Assembly: GCA_012295275.1 (NCBI GenBank)
Contig: CM022679.1
Location: forward strand, 1,302,001 to 1,366,000
Direction: 5' to 3'
Length of the DNA stretch: 64,000 bases
From: Chrysomallon squamiferum
Lineage: Eukaryota > Animalia > Mollusca
Below, in pieces: positions 1 through 15,836 of the stretch (its first letter is position 1; every line of letters starts with the position of its first letter). A model generated the notes under the pieces. That model was not told the origin of the DNA and did not search any database. It worked only from the letters and a program-made list of their open reading frames with translations. Position numbers and translations under genes: made by a program.

Positions 1-1180
<1,180 letters not shown>

Positions 1181-1389
1181 CACACACACAGTCACACACA
1201 CACATAGACACACACAGACACACACACATACAGACACACACACACACACACACAGACAGATAATTTTTACAGTGATTATGTCTAATAAACCATTTTATGC
1301 TGAACTGTGATAAGTAGACAGTCTAACTAGTAGACTGAGAGACAGAAATAGATACATACAAATTAAAATAATTAAATTATAATTATAGC

Positions 1390-1444
<55 letters not shown>

Positions 1445-1580
1445 TTCATTATTATTATTATTATTATTTTCATTGATATGAATATTTATAATATTATTTT
1501 TTCTATTATTATAATTGTTGTTATTATTACTTTTGGTAGTATTACTATTACTATTATTATTGTTATTATTACTATTACAG

Positions 1581-3246
1581 ACTGGCGTGATATTGAAGGT
1601 TTGTCATCTCGGACTGATGGTAAAGTTCAGTCTTTGCAGACTTTGTTTCAACAAGTCAAACAGTGTAGACCAGCAGATGCTTCAGAAATCAGAGGTAAAC
1701 AGTCACCTGTATTTACCTGTAATTACCTGTGTATCAAATATAAACACTATTTAATACATTACATAATTACCTGTGTATTAAACTAATACATCTAGTATTT
1801 AATGCATTATAACCTGTAATAGATAAATACATCTGCTACTTACATTATTTTAAATAAAAAAAAATATACTCAGGTCTTAATACGAAATTTGGTATTACAG
1901 CATTGATTAATCTGGCAGCTCAGTCTGAATATAACATTTCTCTCACCAATGAACGTATTATATTTCAGAATCGCCGGTAAGAAATTGTGACTCACCACTA
2001 CAGAGAAAACGTATGAGTATTAAAAATCTCTTCATTTCTACTCCAAAATTCCAGAAATCTTTAAAACGGTTAGTGGTATCTTTGATTAATTTATTAATTA
2101 GTTGAAATTATTTTAATTATATAATAGTGTTACTGAAGTTAACACTAACTGCATTTAGACACATATATATGATTTTTAAATTATCCTACAATTTATTTTT
2201 TTAGTTGTTTTATTTGTTTCATATAAATATATTTTTTCATTTATTTTTTGTTATCATTAATTTATTTATTTACTTATTTATTTATTATTATCTTTTTTTT
2301 ATTATTTTTTTTTATTATTTTTTTTTTTTTAATTTATTCATTTGTCAATGTGTATTTATATTATAAACAACAACATGAACAAAAAATTAATTATTTTTTA
2401 TTTAATTATTTTTATTTCATTAATATTTTGCTACATTTTACTATGATATTGCTTTTAAAGTATACAAAGTATTCAAATATTTCATAATATTATATATTCA
2501 TATATAAAGTATGACACATTTAAATATATGAATATTTAAATATTTGACAGTATATTATAGTGAAATGTTGCACAGCATACAGTATGTCATATATATATCT
2601 ATATTACACAGAGGGGTGTACATGGCCTGTCTACTGTACAATGGAGACAGGGTGCTAGTCACTTCAGAAGAACAGTTACCCATTGTAGAGGTTGATGAGA
2701 ATTTCTCTGGAACTTCAATACAGTCAGAGCTCTACTGGATCATGAAGGTTAATTTTGTTTATTTGTTTTGTTTTATATTTTAATTTTTATTTTAGTTTAG
2801 CATTTTATATTTTATTTTGTTTTAATTTATTATTATTATTTTATATATATTTTTTATTTATATTTTTATTTAGCATTTTATATTTTATTTTGTTTTAATT
2901 TATTATTATTATTTTATATATATTTTTTATTTATATTTTATTTTATATTTATTACTTATTTATCTATTTACTTCCTTTTCTTAATTGTTTTATTTATTTT
3001 ACCTTTTTTATTTTTTTTGCTAGTTTTTATTTTTATTTTTATTTTTTTGAAATGTTTTGGTTAATTTTTATTTATTTGTTTCATTTATATTTTTTTATTT
3101 GTTAGTTTATTATGTATTTCATACATATATATTTTTATTTTAATTCTTCTCTTTTTTTTGGATATCTACTATATTTGTTTTTGCAAAATATATTTATTTT
3201 TATTTTCTAATGTTTTCTTCATATATTTCTTATCATTTTTGTTTTC

Positions 3247-3327
<81 letters not shown>

Positions 3328-5340
3328 TTTATTATTTTCTAGATTGCCAGTACATGGGATGATGTGAAATCGCTGAGGCGTGACATGGATAAAAGTAGCA
3401 GTGCTGGTGTGGTGCACTTCCGTAACAAACTCTTACAAGCAGCGTCTTTATTACAGGTACAAGACTTACCTGTCAAACAAACAGCCTCGTTACATCTACA
3501 TCTGTTCTTTCTTTCATAGTTTACTCCTATCTGTGAAAACTTTAATACTTTTATGTATTTCTAACTGACTTTAGTTTTGTTGTTTGTTCGTAAAAGTTAT
3601 AATTATTTTTTTTTAATGTATTTATTTATTTAATTTAATTTGTTTGGTTGATTATGTTTTATTCTTTCTTTCTTTCTTTTTTCTTTCTTTCTTTCTTTAT
3701 TTACCTATTCATTATATATATATATATATATATAAATGTAAGTGCATATGATTTAATTTACCGGTACAAACCTTTATTAACAACAAAGTACATTTGTTTC
3801 CCAGAATGCTCTAGGTATTCACGACCTGGGTCAGTTCTACCACAAACCTCTCAAAGACTCCAACGGCAGCATCGTGCTGGTGACAGTGAACCACGTGCAC
3901 GACCCCAAGTTCATAGCACTGGGCTCCAGCAAGTGGGTGTCGATAGGAAAACTCGCCAGACGACTTTCACTGGCAGGCACAGACTGCGAGGTCGCCAGCA
4001 CCATGATCATACAAAGCATTCCTGTGAGTCCTCTCACTGTTTTCATTAGTAGTATTAGTATAGTATTAGTATTAGTATTAGTATTAGTATTACTATTAGT
4101 ATTAGTATTAGTATTAGTATTAGTATTAGTATTAGTATTAGTATTAGTATTAGTATTAGTATTAGTATTAGTATTACTATTAGTATTACTATTAGTATTA
4201 GTATAGTATTAGTATTAGTATTAGTATTAGTATTAGTATTACTATTAGTATTAGTATTTTTATTAGTATTTTTATTATTTTCATTATTATTATTATTAGT
4301 ATTATTATTTTCATTATTATTATTATTTTTATTATTTTCATTATTGTTGTTGTTATTATTATTACTATTATTATTATTATTATTACTGTTATTATTATTA
4401 TTATTATTGTTATTATGATTATTATTATTATTATCATCATTATTAATTACTACTACTACTACTAGTACTTTATCATGTTTTATCAATTTTAATTTTAATT
4501 TTTTATATATTATTTTTTTATTTTAATTTCATTTTATTTCTAAAATTTAAGAAATGTATTTAATTTTATATATTGTATATATTTCAACATTATATATTGT
4601 ATACATTTCAGCAATATATGTATCATATACATTTTAACTGTGTATATATTGTATATATTTTAACCATGTATATATTGTATATATTTTAACCATGTATATA
4701 TTGTATATATTTTAACAATATATATATTGTATATATTTTAACAATGTATATATTGTGTGTATTGTGACAACAGGAGATGATTGTACATCATCAAGTTAGC
4801 AGCATCTCACTGCCAAACGGCCTCTACCTCGGCTACCTCAAGTTACACTGCACCGTGGAGAACATCAACGTTCTCGTACAAAAGAAAACTCCAAACGTGC
4901 TTCCCCACGTCAAGGTGCGTGACTGCGCCAACGTCTCCAGGTAAAACAACAACTACACACATGTCTTTTCTTTTTTACTCTTTACTTTTTCTTCTTGTTT
5001 TTTTACATCATTCTCCTTCCTGTGCTTATTGTCTTTGTGTTTTTTTCAATTTCATGTTTGTTTTTTGTTTTATTTTATTAGGGTTGTTTTGGGGGTGATT
5101 TGTTTTTTTTTGTTGGGGAATGTTTTCTCATTATATATAATACATGTAATAGAGTCTACATTTGTTTATTAATAAAATAATTAGAGTTATAAAATATTTG
5201 TTTTCAGAGAAGAGTGGGAATATGTTCTGAGTCTGAACAATGAGCAGACAACTCCGCCTGACCAGCCACTGCAAGAGTTTCACTCAGCCATTGGCAAAGC
5301 CTGCAGACGTCTGCTTGATATGTTAGGTAAGAACATTTAC

Positions 5341-5371
<31 letters not shown>

Positions 5372-6372
5372 TTTTAATTTTTTTATTGATTATTTTTTAT
5401 TCACTTTATTAAATTTAAATTTCTTTCTTTTATAATTGATTTTGTTTAATTTAATTTAATTTTATTCTAATTATTTATTCAAAATGTTTTGACTTCCAGT
5501 GTCAATATTAAAGGGAAATAATCCATACTTTCTTACTGTGAATTATTTGTTTTCAAGTGTTATTTATTGTTACAAAATAATAATGATTTCAAAAAATTCA
5601 AAATAATAATATTAATAAAACAAACAAACAATAAATAAATAAATAAAGAAATAAACAACACAACTAATACTGATACAAGTTGTACATTTAATAAAAACAC
5701 ACCTTTTACAGTTTTGCATAAAATGGTGACATTTGTTTTTATTGAAAGTTTTGTTATTTTAAAAAATTATATTTAATGAAAAATAAAGAAATTTCAGATT
5801 TAATAATAAGGAGGTACAAGTATAATTAAATGCAATAAAAAAAAGCAATTAAATCAATAAAATTTTTGAAAAACAAAGTCAACAAAATAATGTAAATAAA
5901 TGTGTATACAAGAAAAATGCAAGCATGGGTTATATGAGTGAGATAAGTTCATGCATGGTTAAAATATTTGCAGGTGTTTGTGAATGTATCAGTGTGTTTA
6001 TTTATTGCTCAGATTACAAGTCAAGTTCAGCAGTGATGTTAAATTACTCAGTATAATTTTACTAAGTCATAAAACACGATTACCTGCAGTTTAAAAAAAG
6101 AATACAAGGCCAACAATACTATAAATAACTAGAGAGAAGACTTAACCACCAAATAAATAAATGCAGCATTTTTTTTTTTTTTTTATTAAGAAAAGGTCAT
6201 GTAACAGATGTATCAGGTTTCTTCTCTATCACCATGACACGTTAATAATTTCAACAACAAGATAATAAATATAATAGTAATAATATGATACTAAAACAAT
6301 GTACATTAGTTCAATATTCATACTAAATTGTAGTAAGTTTGTTTTTATTATTATTATTATTATTACTATTAC

Positions 6373-6415
<43 letters not shown>

Positions 6416-8067
6416 TATGTTATTAATGTTTTTTTAATACCCAGGCTGTAGTGACTTTAGACACACTTTGCTATTTCAGGTTTGCCTCCAGGAAGTGACC
6501 ACAGACTGTATGATTTAGAAGTGATTGAGTTGAGTCCTGGAATCTCATTCATACTAGTGCTGCCACCTGCAGAAGACGTCTTTATTGTGCCTGGACAGAC
6601 AGAGGAACTGACAGACAGACAGAATCTCATATTTCTACCTGTGCAGGTTTTTGAAATGAGTAAGCATTTTAAATTTAGTTTCTAAAAACGCATTCCCTTC
6701 AGTTCATATTTCATTTTCAATAATGTACATACCTTCAGTTGATATATTGATCTATAAAGTTTATATTCTTACTTAACATAAGTTTATATTTTCAGTTGAC
6801 ACTGACATATCAGTGTTTATATTTTCAGTTCACTCAGTGACCTATTCGTATTTTCTGTTCACACAGTGACCTATTCATATTTTCAGTTCACACACTGACC
6901 TGCATTTATATTTTCAGTTCACACAGTGACCTGTTCATATTTTCAGTTCACACACTTTACTAGCCATGTTTATATTTTCAGTCCACATGTCGACCTATCA
7001 GCAGACATTTATCACACACTATTCACGTCTGTCTTCAATACTGGAGATGGACATCAACTTAGCTCAACAGGCGCAGAGACAGGTAACCAGTGTTATTACT
7101 CTTACTGTTAGTGTTATCACTTAACTACTACTACTAGTACTGTTATTATTATTATTACAGCTACTATTCCTACTAACTATTGTTACTACTTCTACTTTCA
7201 AAACTACTACTTCTTCAGCAACCACTACTGCTATTAATACAACAACACCTACTACCTACTACTACTACATCAAGAACTAATATTGCTGCTATTACCATTT
7301 ACCATTCACTGTTTTATGTTTTTAAATGTTTTTTAAATTTGCAGGCATTTTCTCCCGAGGAGGTGAGCATCGCCAAAGATCGCGTGGACATCATGATACA
7401 GCTGCAGCAGAATCTCGACATGCTGTGGAAGAGCGTTCGCTGGGTCATGGACATCATCACTTTCGCGAGAGACCGCAACATGCGCGGCGGTGTCCCCATC
7501 AGCAAGTTCCTCAACTCCGACTATGAAAACGACGACGCGCCAGAAACGAACAGAAAAATACAGGACAACAACAACTCCTCCTCCAGTGTCCCGTGCAACT
7601 CCAACGAAATCAGCGTCGGCAAGGACAACAGGAAAATTGCCAAGTTCTACGACCCCAACGAGGAAGGCTTGAACGGAGACTCGTGCGACTCGGCCGCTTC
7701 GGCCGCAAGCAGGCAGCCAACGTCAGGCATCCTCCGCGTGTACGCTGCCTACGACTGCGGCCTGTCCAAGGGCATCAGCGTCAAGCTGAACGTGACGGTG
7801 AGGACAACAGCCAGAGACGTGATAAACCTCGTCGTGCGACAGCTCAACAAGGCAGTGGTCTCGCGGGGGAAGGAGGGGCCGGTGTACAGTGACGAGGAGC
7901 TGGACGACTTCTGTCTGGTTGCAGTGATTGGTGCGAGGGAGAGAATTCTCAGAGACGATTATCAGCCACTCACACTGCAGAACCCGTGGACTAAGGGCAG
8001 GTTGTACGTGAGGTTGAGGAGTAACATCCTGGCAGCCATCCAGCAAGGCCACGCGACAGCAGTGTAG
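1581..8067 (+). CDS. ANKFN1: Ankyrin repeat and fibronectin type-III domain-containing protein 1 / wide awake-like, 3' part (5' exons lie upstream of the window), with a C-terminal Ras-association-like domain
   Basis: Phase-consistent GT-AG exons: 1581-1694, 1969-2068, 2612-2747, 3343-3456, 3805-4023, 4774-4940, 5208-5326, 6480-6659, 6982-7082, 7345-8067 (TAG). Recognised family motifs: KFQKSLKRGVYMACLLY..VLVTSEEQLPIVEVDE, LGIHDLGQFYHKPLKD, GLYLGYLKL..PNVLPHVKVRDCANVSREEWE, HRLYDLEVIEL, and GILRVYAAYDCGLSKGISVKLNVT (RA-like). Confidence 0.9.
6780..6981 (+). repeat. ~30-bp degenerate tandem repeat (ATATTTTCAGTTCACACAGTGACC) duplicating the acceptor of the ANKFN1 exon at 6982
   Basis: About six copies precede the true TATATTTTCAG|TCCACATGTCGACC junction. 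Confidence 0.75.
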
Positions 8068-11000
8068 TCGTTGAAAACACACCAACAGTGTAGCTGTTAC
8101 TATCACCATTGAAGCAATTAACTACTATCAGCAGTGTAGCTGTTACAAAAATATCACCATTGAAGCGTTTAACTTCAGCAATGCAGCTGTTCAGAAAGAT
8201 CATGAAACCACAGTGAAACTGTTTATTATGATTATGATCAAAACAGCAGCTATCTGACCAGGGCAGTAGAAAAGCTGTATTGCAGTGTAGCTATTCATCA
8301 GCATCATTAAACCACAGTGAAGCTGTTTATGTTGATAAACAGAATAGTTATTAAAAAGGATGGTAGAATAGCTTTTCAGCAGGTTCCACAGTGAAGCTGT
8401 TCAGCTAGTGACTGACTGCAGTGTGTCTATTCAGAACCATGAAAAGCAGGGACAGCAGAATAGCTATTCAGCACATAAACAGCATTGTACTGTTTAGATG
8501 AATAAGGAGATTTGCTATTCAGGAGGTGTGATAGGACAGCTGTAGTGTCATTATTCAGCAAAAACTGCTGTGATGCTACTCAGCAAGGTCATGGTACAGC
8601 AGCTGCAATGACATGATGTGTTTAGTGTTTAACAAACATAAACCTAATTTTAAAAATAAAACAAAATCAAAGGAAAATGTCAAAATTTAACAGAAACTAA
8701 AACTGATATTTATAATAATTTATTTACAAATGATACTGATGTCTGGATTTCAGGGGAAATATTTGAGAAATGTAAGGGAGGTAATTTGGAATCTAGTCCT
8801 AAATGTGTCTGACAATGTTTTTTTGTATAATTATGTGAATGTAGGGGAGATAACTTGTGAGAGAAGGGAGATAATGCTTAGAGAGTATAGCTAAGAAAGA
8901 TGATTTGTGATATGAGAAAGAAACAAAAACTGGAATCTGATGATAAACACTGATATTATTTTCTGTGATTTCTCAATTCGAGGGGAGATAACTTGTACTA
9001 TAGGGGAGACAATCTGAATGATTAACAGTGAAGTCTGTGATTTCATACACAACATGTTGTGTATATGATATGATCTCAATGTTGAAGAGTTTGTTAGAAT
9101 ACACAGTGCTATATATAGTTAACTTTGTATTGCCTCTTTTGTCTGGTGAAAAGCTTGCTAGACTGTACTCTAGTCTGTTGTGTTAAAAACAATTTGTGAT
9201 ACATATTCTGTTTTTAAGTTTAATTCTTATTTCTATTTATGCATTTAAAGGTTGTTGATTTCTTTTTTGTTCTTGTTGTTCTTTTGTTGTTCTTTACACA
9301 TTGTTGTTGTTACAGATCAGGAAGAAAATCACCCTGTTTATCAGTTTTAAAAGTATTAAGTGAGATATTAACAAAATACAGCTAAAAATAACAAATAAAC
9401 AAATAAACAAATAAATAAATAAATAATAACCTGGAGATCTGCTCTTTCCACTGAATGTCACTAAACTGACACACTTTTTGTCAGTTTTATTTCTGATTTA
9501 CAAAAATTCATGTTTTGATGTTTTTCTCAACCCCACAAAAGATTTTACATTTATCTGAATTTTTCACCTGATTCAGCAAACCAGTCTCAATGGACCAGAC
9601 TGCAACACTCAAACCACAGGTCAAAGGTCATGATCCTGTTCTGGAGATAATGAAAAAAATATCCTAATCAATAAAACTAGAGCTGGGATTGATTGCAGAT
9701 TTCTTCTCTACAGAAAATCTGACTGATACAAATAATCCTTATCATGCTGAGTACCTTTAATAACCTCTACGTATACAATCATCTGTCCTTAGACCAGCAG
9801 ACTGAGTTCTAACAATACTTCTGTATATCAGTCTGTGTGTCATCTCTTTCTAGTTAACAGATGACACTGTTAACCTCTGCAGTGAAAATGTCAGTATAAA
9901 TTATAAAATAAAGTATCTGTGTGTTAATATTTAGCACAGTTAACAGACTATAATAATATGATAATACTAACCTAAGTAGTGAAAATATAAAAAATAAAAT
10001 ATGGGATCTGTGTGTTATTTTTCACCTAAGTTAAGTCAGATGACAATACTAACCTTGCTAGTTAAAATGTCTATATTAAAATAAAGTATCTCAGCTATTG
10101 TTTACCAGTTAACAGTTGACAAAACAAAGCCTGCTTGTGAAAATGTCAACAGTAAAATAACAGTTGACAGTGCTAATCTAAGTAGTGAAAATGTCAACAG
10201 TAAATTAAAATATCTGTGTGTTATCTTTTATCACAGCTAACAGACAACAATACTAACCTTGCTAATGAAAAAGTCAGTACTGAAATAATTATTATTTTAT
10301 AATGTTTGGGGTTTTGGGGTTTTTTTTTATATATAGCTGATGATTCTTTGTTGTCAAACATTAATTCAGGTACTGAGAATGTTGTGTTATGTCTTAATAT
10401 GCAGAAGTATATTTCAAACACTGTCATTTTCCAATCCAAAAATGTTAAAATAAAATTAAAATAATGATAGAAATTTTAAAAAGTTCTGTTTGCTGATTTA
10501 AAAGAAAAATAGGATGTGATTATTTCGTAGTTAATGAATGATAGGTATGTGATGTTTTTCACATCTCACAATTTCAGTGTTATAAAAGTGCAAATACACC
10601 AGTGTGTGTGTGTATACAATAGTGTCAATGGCCGCTTGGTTTCTTTCTGTTAGTAAACAAAACCACTAAATCACTGACAAGTACAGAGAAATATAATCAC
10701 TGAAGTGGAACTGTTGTTACAACAAAACCTGAACGTGCTGTTAAGAAATTTCTGTAAATATTGTGTAAATGATATGGCAGGGATAAACTACTTACAAATC
10801 AACAATGTAGAATTCATGAGGGTCGCTCAAGTGGAACATGTGTTGCTGAAATGTGTCATTGTGTCAAAACTGTTTATAACCTTGACCATGTTTACTGCAG
10901 TTCTCAAAAACACTGCACCATGTTTACATCAGGGAAAGAATCTGGGGAGTAAGAATTTAAAACAAAAAAGACTTGTACATGAAAGTTACCACATTATTTA

Positions 11001-11643
11001 ACAACATGAGAATAGTTTTAATGTAAACTAAATATCGGCTTTATCCAAGTCACGTAGAAACACCAGAACAAGGCAAAATTTAATTTCTTCAATCACAGTG
11101 TTCTCAATACTGTTTGAATTAAATATCAAAATCTCAACTCTAGCCCTAATATTTGTGTTTTTATAAAATTACCTTGATATTTCACATCTTCAAAATTATA
11201 ATAAAAGAAAACCTAGTTCATTTCATTATCTCACCCTTTCTAAATATTTTCTAACATTCTACTGTCTTTCACAGGATCATGCATTTTTAAACTTTCACAA
11301 AGCACAGAATCATTAAACAATACAATATTCTGTAAAACATCACATCACAGACTTTATAAATATAAATATACCCACATAACACAATTAATAATGTCAGGAA
11401 TTTAACAGTTAGTGAGTCGCCCCCAGTAAACATGTCTAGAAACACCCTTGCTTTGCCTGGCTGTTCTGACTGGGATAGCTTTAGGCTTGGTGCATCAAAC
11501 ACACAAAAACATCAAGTCAGCAGAAGGTAGCAGGTTTATGAGGTTTTTAACTTACTTATAAATAGAAAACATTGACCTTTCTGTGTCAGGTTTCTCTCAC
11601 AGTGTTTAACAATCACATACACTGAGAGAAAAACTTTACATAC

Positions 11644-11705
<62 letters not shown>

Positions 11706-12671
11706 TAATAATAATAATAATACTAACAACAATAACAACAACAACAACAATAATAATAACAATAATAGAATGATAATGATAACAATAACAAGAATGATTA
11801 TAGTAAAGGTGATAATAAATTATGCAATGTTGAAACAGATTGTTTTGTCATATTTATTCATTTTCTTAATTCACTTTATTTATTTATTTATTTATTTACT
11901 TACTAAGTTACTCTTATGTATGACACTTTTTGTGTTTTATTCTTTGATAATTTGTTATGTTAAAATGAAAAGACATCATCAAAGTGTTCTGAAATTGTTT
12001 TGTTTTGTTTTAATATACACTCCACGGAAATTATAACTCCGTTCAGTTTATTAACTGTCCAACTATTTTTTTTATCTTATAACTCTTTTTAAAAAAAACA
12101 CAGTTTAAGCATCAAAAATAACAATAGCTGCATGAAGTATCACAGACTGGTTGTCAAAGCTGCATTGTGTAATAAAAGTTTTGTACCTAATAAATTATTC
12201 ATTACAAAACAGGCTGAACTATCCTGTATCAGAAAAGGTTTAAATTAAGCTGAAATTAAATTAAAATCAGCTAACACATCAAATTAAAAAAAAATAATAA
12301 TAAAAATTTTAAAAAAATATGAAAGAAAGAAATTGAATATAAAATAAAAATAATAATAATAAAATATAATATCAATAAATAAATAAATAGTAATGAAAGA
12401 ATAAATAACTAAATTATAAAAACAAATAACATATTTAAATTAAGAACAGCTGAGTAAGTTATTAATGATGCACATCTGTTACACCAGTTTGTGGTTATAA
12501 CTTACATTTAATACTGTGCTGTATTGTAAATACATTTTTATTCTTATACCTATTCATTTCTTACATCAACTTAACAGTGTATAATGCTGCAAAGGTAATG
12601 TTAACATATGCATAAAGCTAGCTGCAAGTGTTAAGGAACATAAAGCTGTAGTTGTAAATGTGGATAAAGAA

Positions 12672-12800
12672 GGTATCTGTAAATATCTGCATACTGCTAC
12701 TATCTGTAAATATCTGCATACTGCTACTATCTGTAAATATGTGCATACTGCTACTAGCTGTAAATATGTGTGTAATGCTACTATCTGTAAATGCAAATAT
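12672..12800 (+). repeat. 27-bp minisatellite (TATCTGTAAATATCTGCATACTGCTAC), about 4.5 copies
   Basis: Direct inspection of the sequence. Confidence 0.8.
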
Positions 12801-15800
12801 GTGTGTAGATCTGGTAATTTATTGTGGAACTCAAGTCTTTCAGCTGTCTGTGATGAGAAGACACTGTAAATAAAAACAGCTCAATTTCATGTGTTTATTA
12901 TTGTTTTGAAATACACTCAGATGGTTATTGATTACAGCTATTGTCCTAACAGTCAAACAGAATTACATTTTTTTTTAACTTGTGACATCTGTTTCTGTTT
13001 GATCTATAAATACATCCACAAAACACTGCCTGCTGTCAGTGGGTGTCAGGGAAATTGTCACATAGTAGTCATCATTGCAGGTATGTAATCAGGAACAAAA
13101 CTCAAAATTGCTTTATATTCTTTTTTGTTTTGAGGGTTCAGAATTTCCATAACTTTTCCAAAACTTTCCACAGCCCACAAATCCAAATTTCCAAAACTAT
13201 TTCCAAGTAAATTCAATCACAATAAAGTGTTTTTTGCAGTTTTTAGACCTGTTTGTAACTTTTGCCTTGAGTAAGCTGCATGGTATACATAGGATTACTA
13301 GTAATAAGAAAATTAATGTAATTTAATTTGGCATCTTAAAATGCAGTTGTATTCTTGGAATGGACATGTAAGGCAGATTGCCAGAAATATGAAAAGTGGT
13401 TTTGTTGTTTCATTTAGAAACTTGAACTGGTTGGAACAGATGATTGTTGTTGCATTAAATCATTAATTATGTGGCTTGTCAGTGTGTGGATGTTGATAAG
13501 AAAAGTACAACAATGCAACAATATACACTTCTCAGTAATCAATCACACTGACCACTTAGTGCTATCACAACAAGTCTACTCTGCCAGTCTGACAGAAGTT
13601 TGTAACAAGTATCACCTATTGTTTAAACAGATTAAAAAACTGGAATACTAGAAACTATAGATGTGTTTAGCAATAAGCACCTCTGCATATCTATGGTGTG
13701 CAAGATGTCACATGATTGTAGTAAGAGCATCTTAGTTCTGCCGAGTTGTTTTACAGACTGCTTGTTTTAAATGCATTCATTTTTCTTTTCTTCACAAAAT
13801 TACTGAATATAGGAACAATAAATTGTACCGGTACTCTTTGTTTGGAATATTGGTGAAACAAGCCAATTTATTATACATTTTATTTACAGCAAGGACACAA
13901 AACTGATTTTCCAAAACTTTTAAGATCCTGGAAAACACTGACAAATTTCTAAAACTTTCCAAGACTTTCCAAAACACATACATAATTATGCCTTTTGACC
14001 CTATCATTGCGAGGCCAGTAAATGTGTATTTGTCAATGATCCTATCTGTAACCAATGCACTACTAGATGATCAGTCAGACAGTGTGAGATAAAATCAAGT
14101 ACTGATCAAAATCATTCAGATATTCTGTACATTTTTTTGATAACTAACATACACTTAAATCATTCACTTACTAATTTCTTAAACATATTTTATATCAATA
14201 ATATTCTGACATCGGCTGCTTTGAGTATATTTGATTTGGAAAAGAAAAAAGTTAGCAATGAGGTATAGTAAAACTCACAGGAACAAAAACAAACAAAAGA
14301 TAAAACAAAATATATTTATTAACATCATTATATAGAATCAACAGCCTGATCTTTAAAAAGCAACATTCGAAGGTTAGATCCAGGGTGACGTAATAAATAG
14401 GTTAGTTGAGATTCCTTACTGTGAAATCATTTCATAATAAAAAGTTATTTACATCATAAATATACAGACTTTCAGTCCAGGCAGTAAATGATTAAAAAAA
14501 TAATGCATCAACCCTGGATACACAACCTTCGATCAGATTTCATTTATCTAACAGAAAAAATATTAACAATGATTACAGTGCCACCGAAACCAATTGCAAC
14601 TACTACATCTATTACAACATTATTTGTGCGTGACGACCACAGAAGCCAAACTATTGGTTTGACTTAATGATGGAGAAGATAGCCCTAACAATATGACACA
14701 CAGTACATGCATCTAAACTGAATGGTCACACAACTGTTCATAAATAAAGGTTACAACAAACACAAACTATATTTACAAACTGACAAGCCTCTTCTTAAAA
14801 TTCAGTTAAATACAAAAACCTAGTTCTAGATGCTAATCAAATAAAATTACCTAATTATTCTTTTGCTTAATCATAGGCAAGTTTGATAATACACTATGTG
14901 TTTAAAAAAATAAATATAAATAAGTGAAACACACAGCCTACCTGTAAGCATTCTAAAACATTATACCTATCGTTTAAACTCTATGAGAGCAAAGTATAAA
15001 CATTAAGGACTGCAGGTCTGTTTAACAATAAGTTGTGTCCTATGGCAAAAGTTGATTTGTACCAAAAGTAAATTTAAAAAGCTGTCTTCAATATATGGCA
15101 CGTGTACAAAGACCAACATATAGTGCAGTAAATAAAGTAAATGTAGTTCCCCCTCATTTTAACTAGTGTGTTCCATGGACACAATATGAAAATATTTAGC
15201 ACAGAGAGATCAGAAGGCAGAGATGATCTGTTCAACTAAACCAAACATTTAACATTCGAGACTGCATCAATTCATCTGAACACATTTTTATATAACATTT
15301 GTATAAAACTTGTACAGCTGTCAAACAGAACGTAATACTGAAGACATCTACAATTTAATGTGTGTATACAGATACATTTTTACAAAACTCTTAAATCACT
15401 ATATCTAATGGAAACACAACATTGCATCTTACGAACACAACTAATTATAAACTGATTTTGTATTAAAGAAGGCTGCATCAATTAAATTTGATTATTGTAA
15501 TTTTTTATACAATTTATTTTGTAGTGTATTTTACTGCATCAAATAATATTAATTACTGCATCAACCCATTGTAACAGTGAATGCAGTTTCGCACAAAATT
15601 GATTCCATTTCACATATAGAATTTATTCTTGGATAGATAACAAATTATTTCAAAATGGCTAAAAAAGTAAGACATTTTAGTTCAGATCCAGCCTTACATG
15701 TAACAAAATGAATCTGTTTTGATAGCCAAGTGTTCAGACAAAACAGTAACATGTTCTGTATGGGTCTAACACACATATACTGCATAGTTACAGTGAACAT

Positions 15801-15836
15801 TAAAGTCTGTCTTGTAAAGATACTGGAAATAAGATC

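Noticed and set aside
7314-8203. Antisense and alternative-frame ORFs over the last ANKFN1 exon
   Set aside because: Shadow ORFs of a GC-rich coding exon.
13130-13980. Clusters of TTTTCCAAAACTTTCC motifs at both ends, suggesting an old non-autonomous DNA element
   Set aside because: No clear TIR or target-site duplication could be defined.
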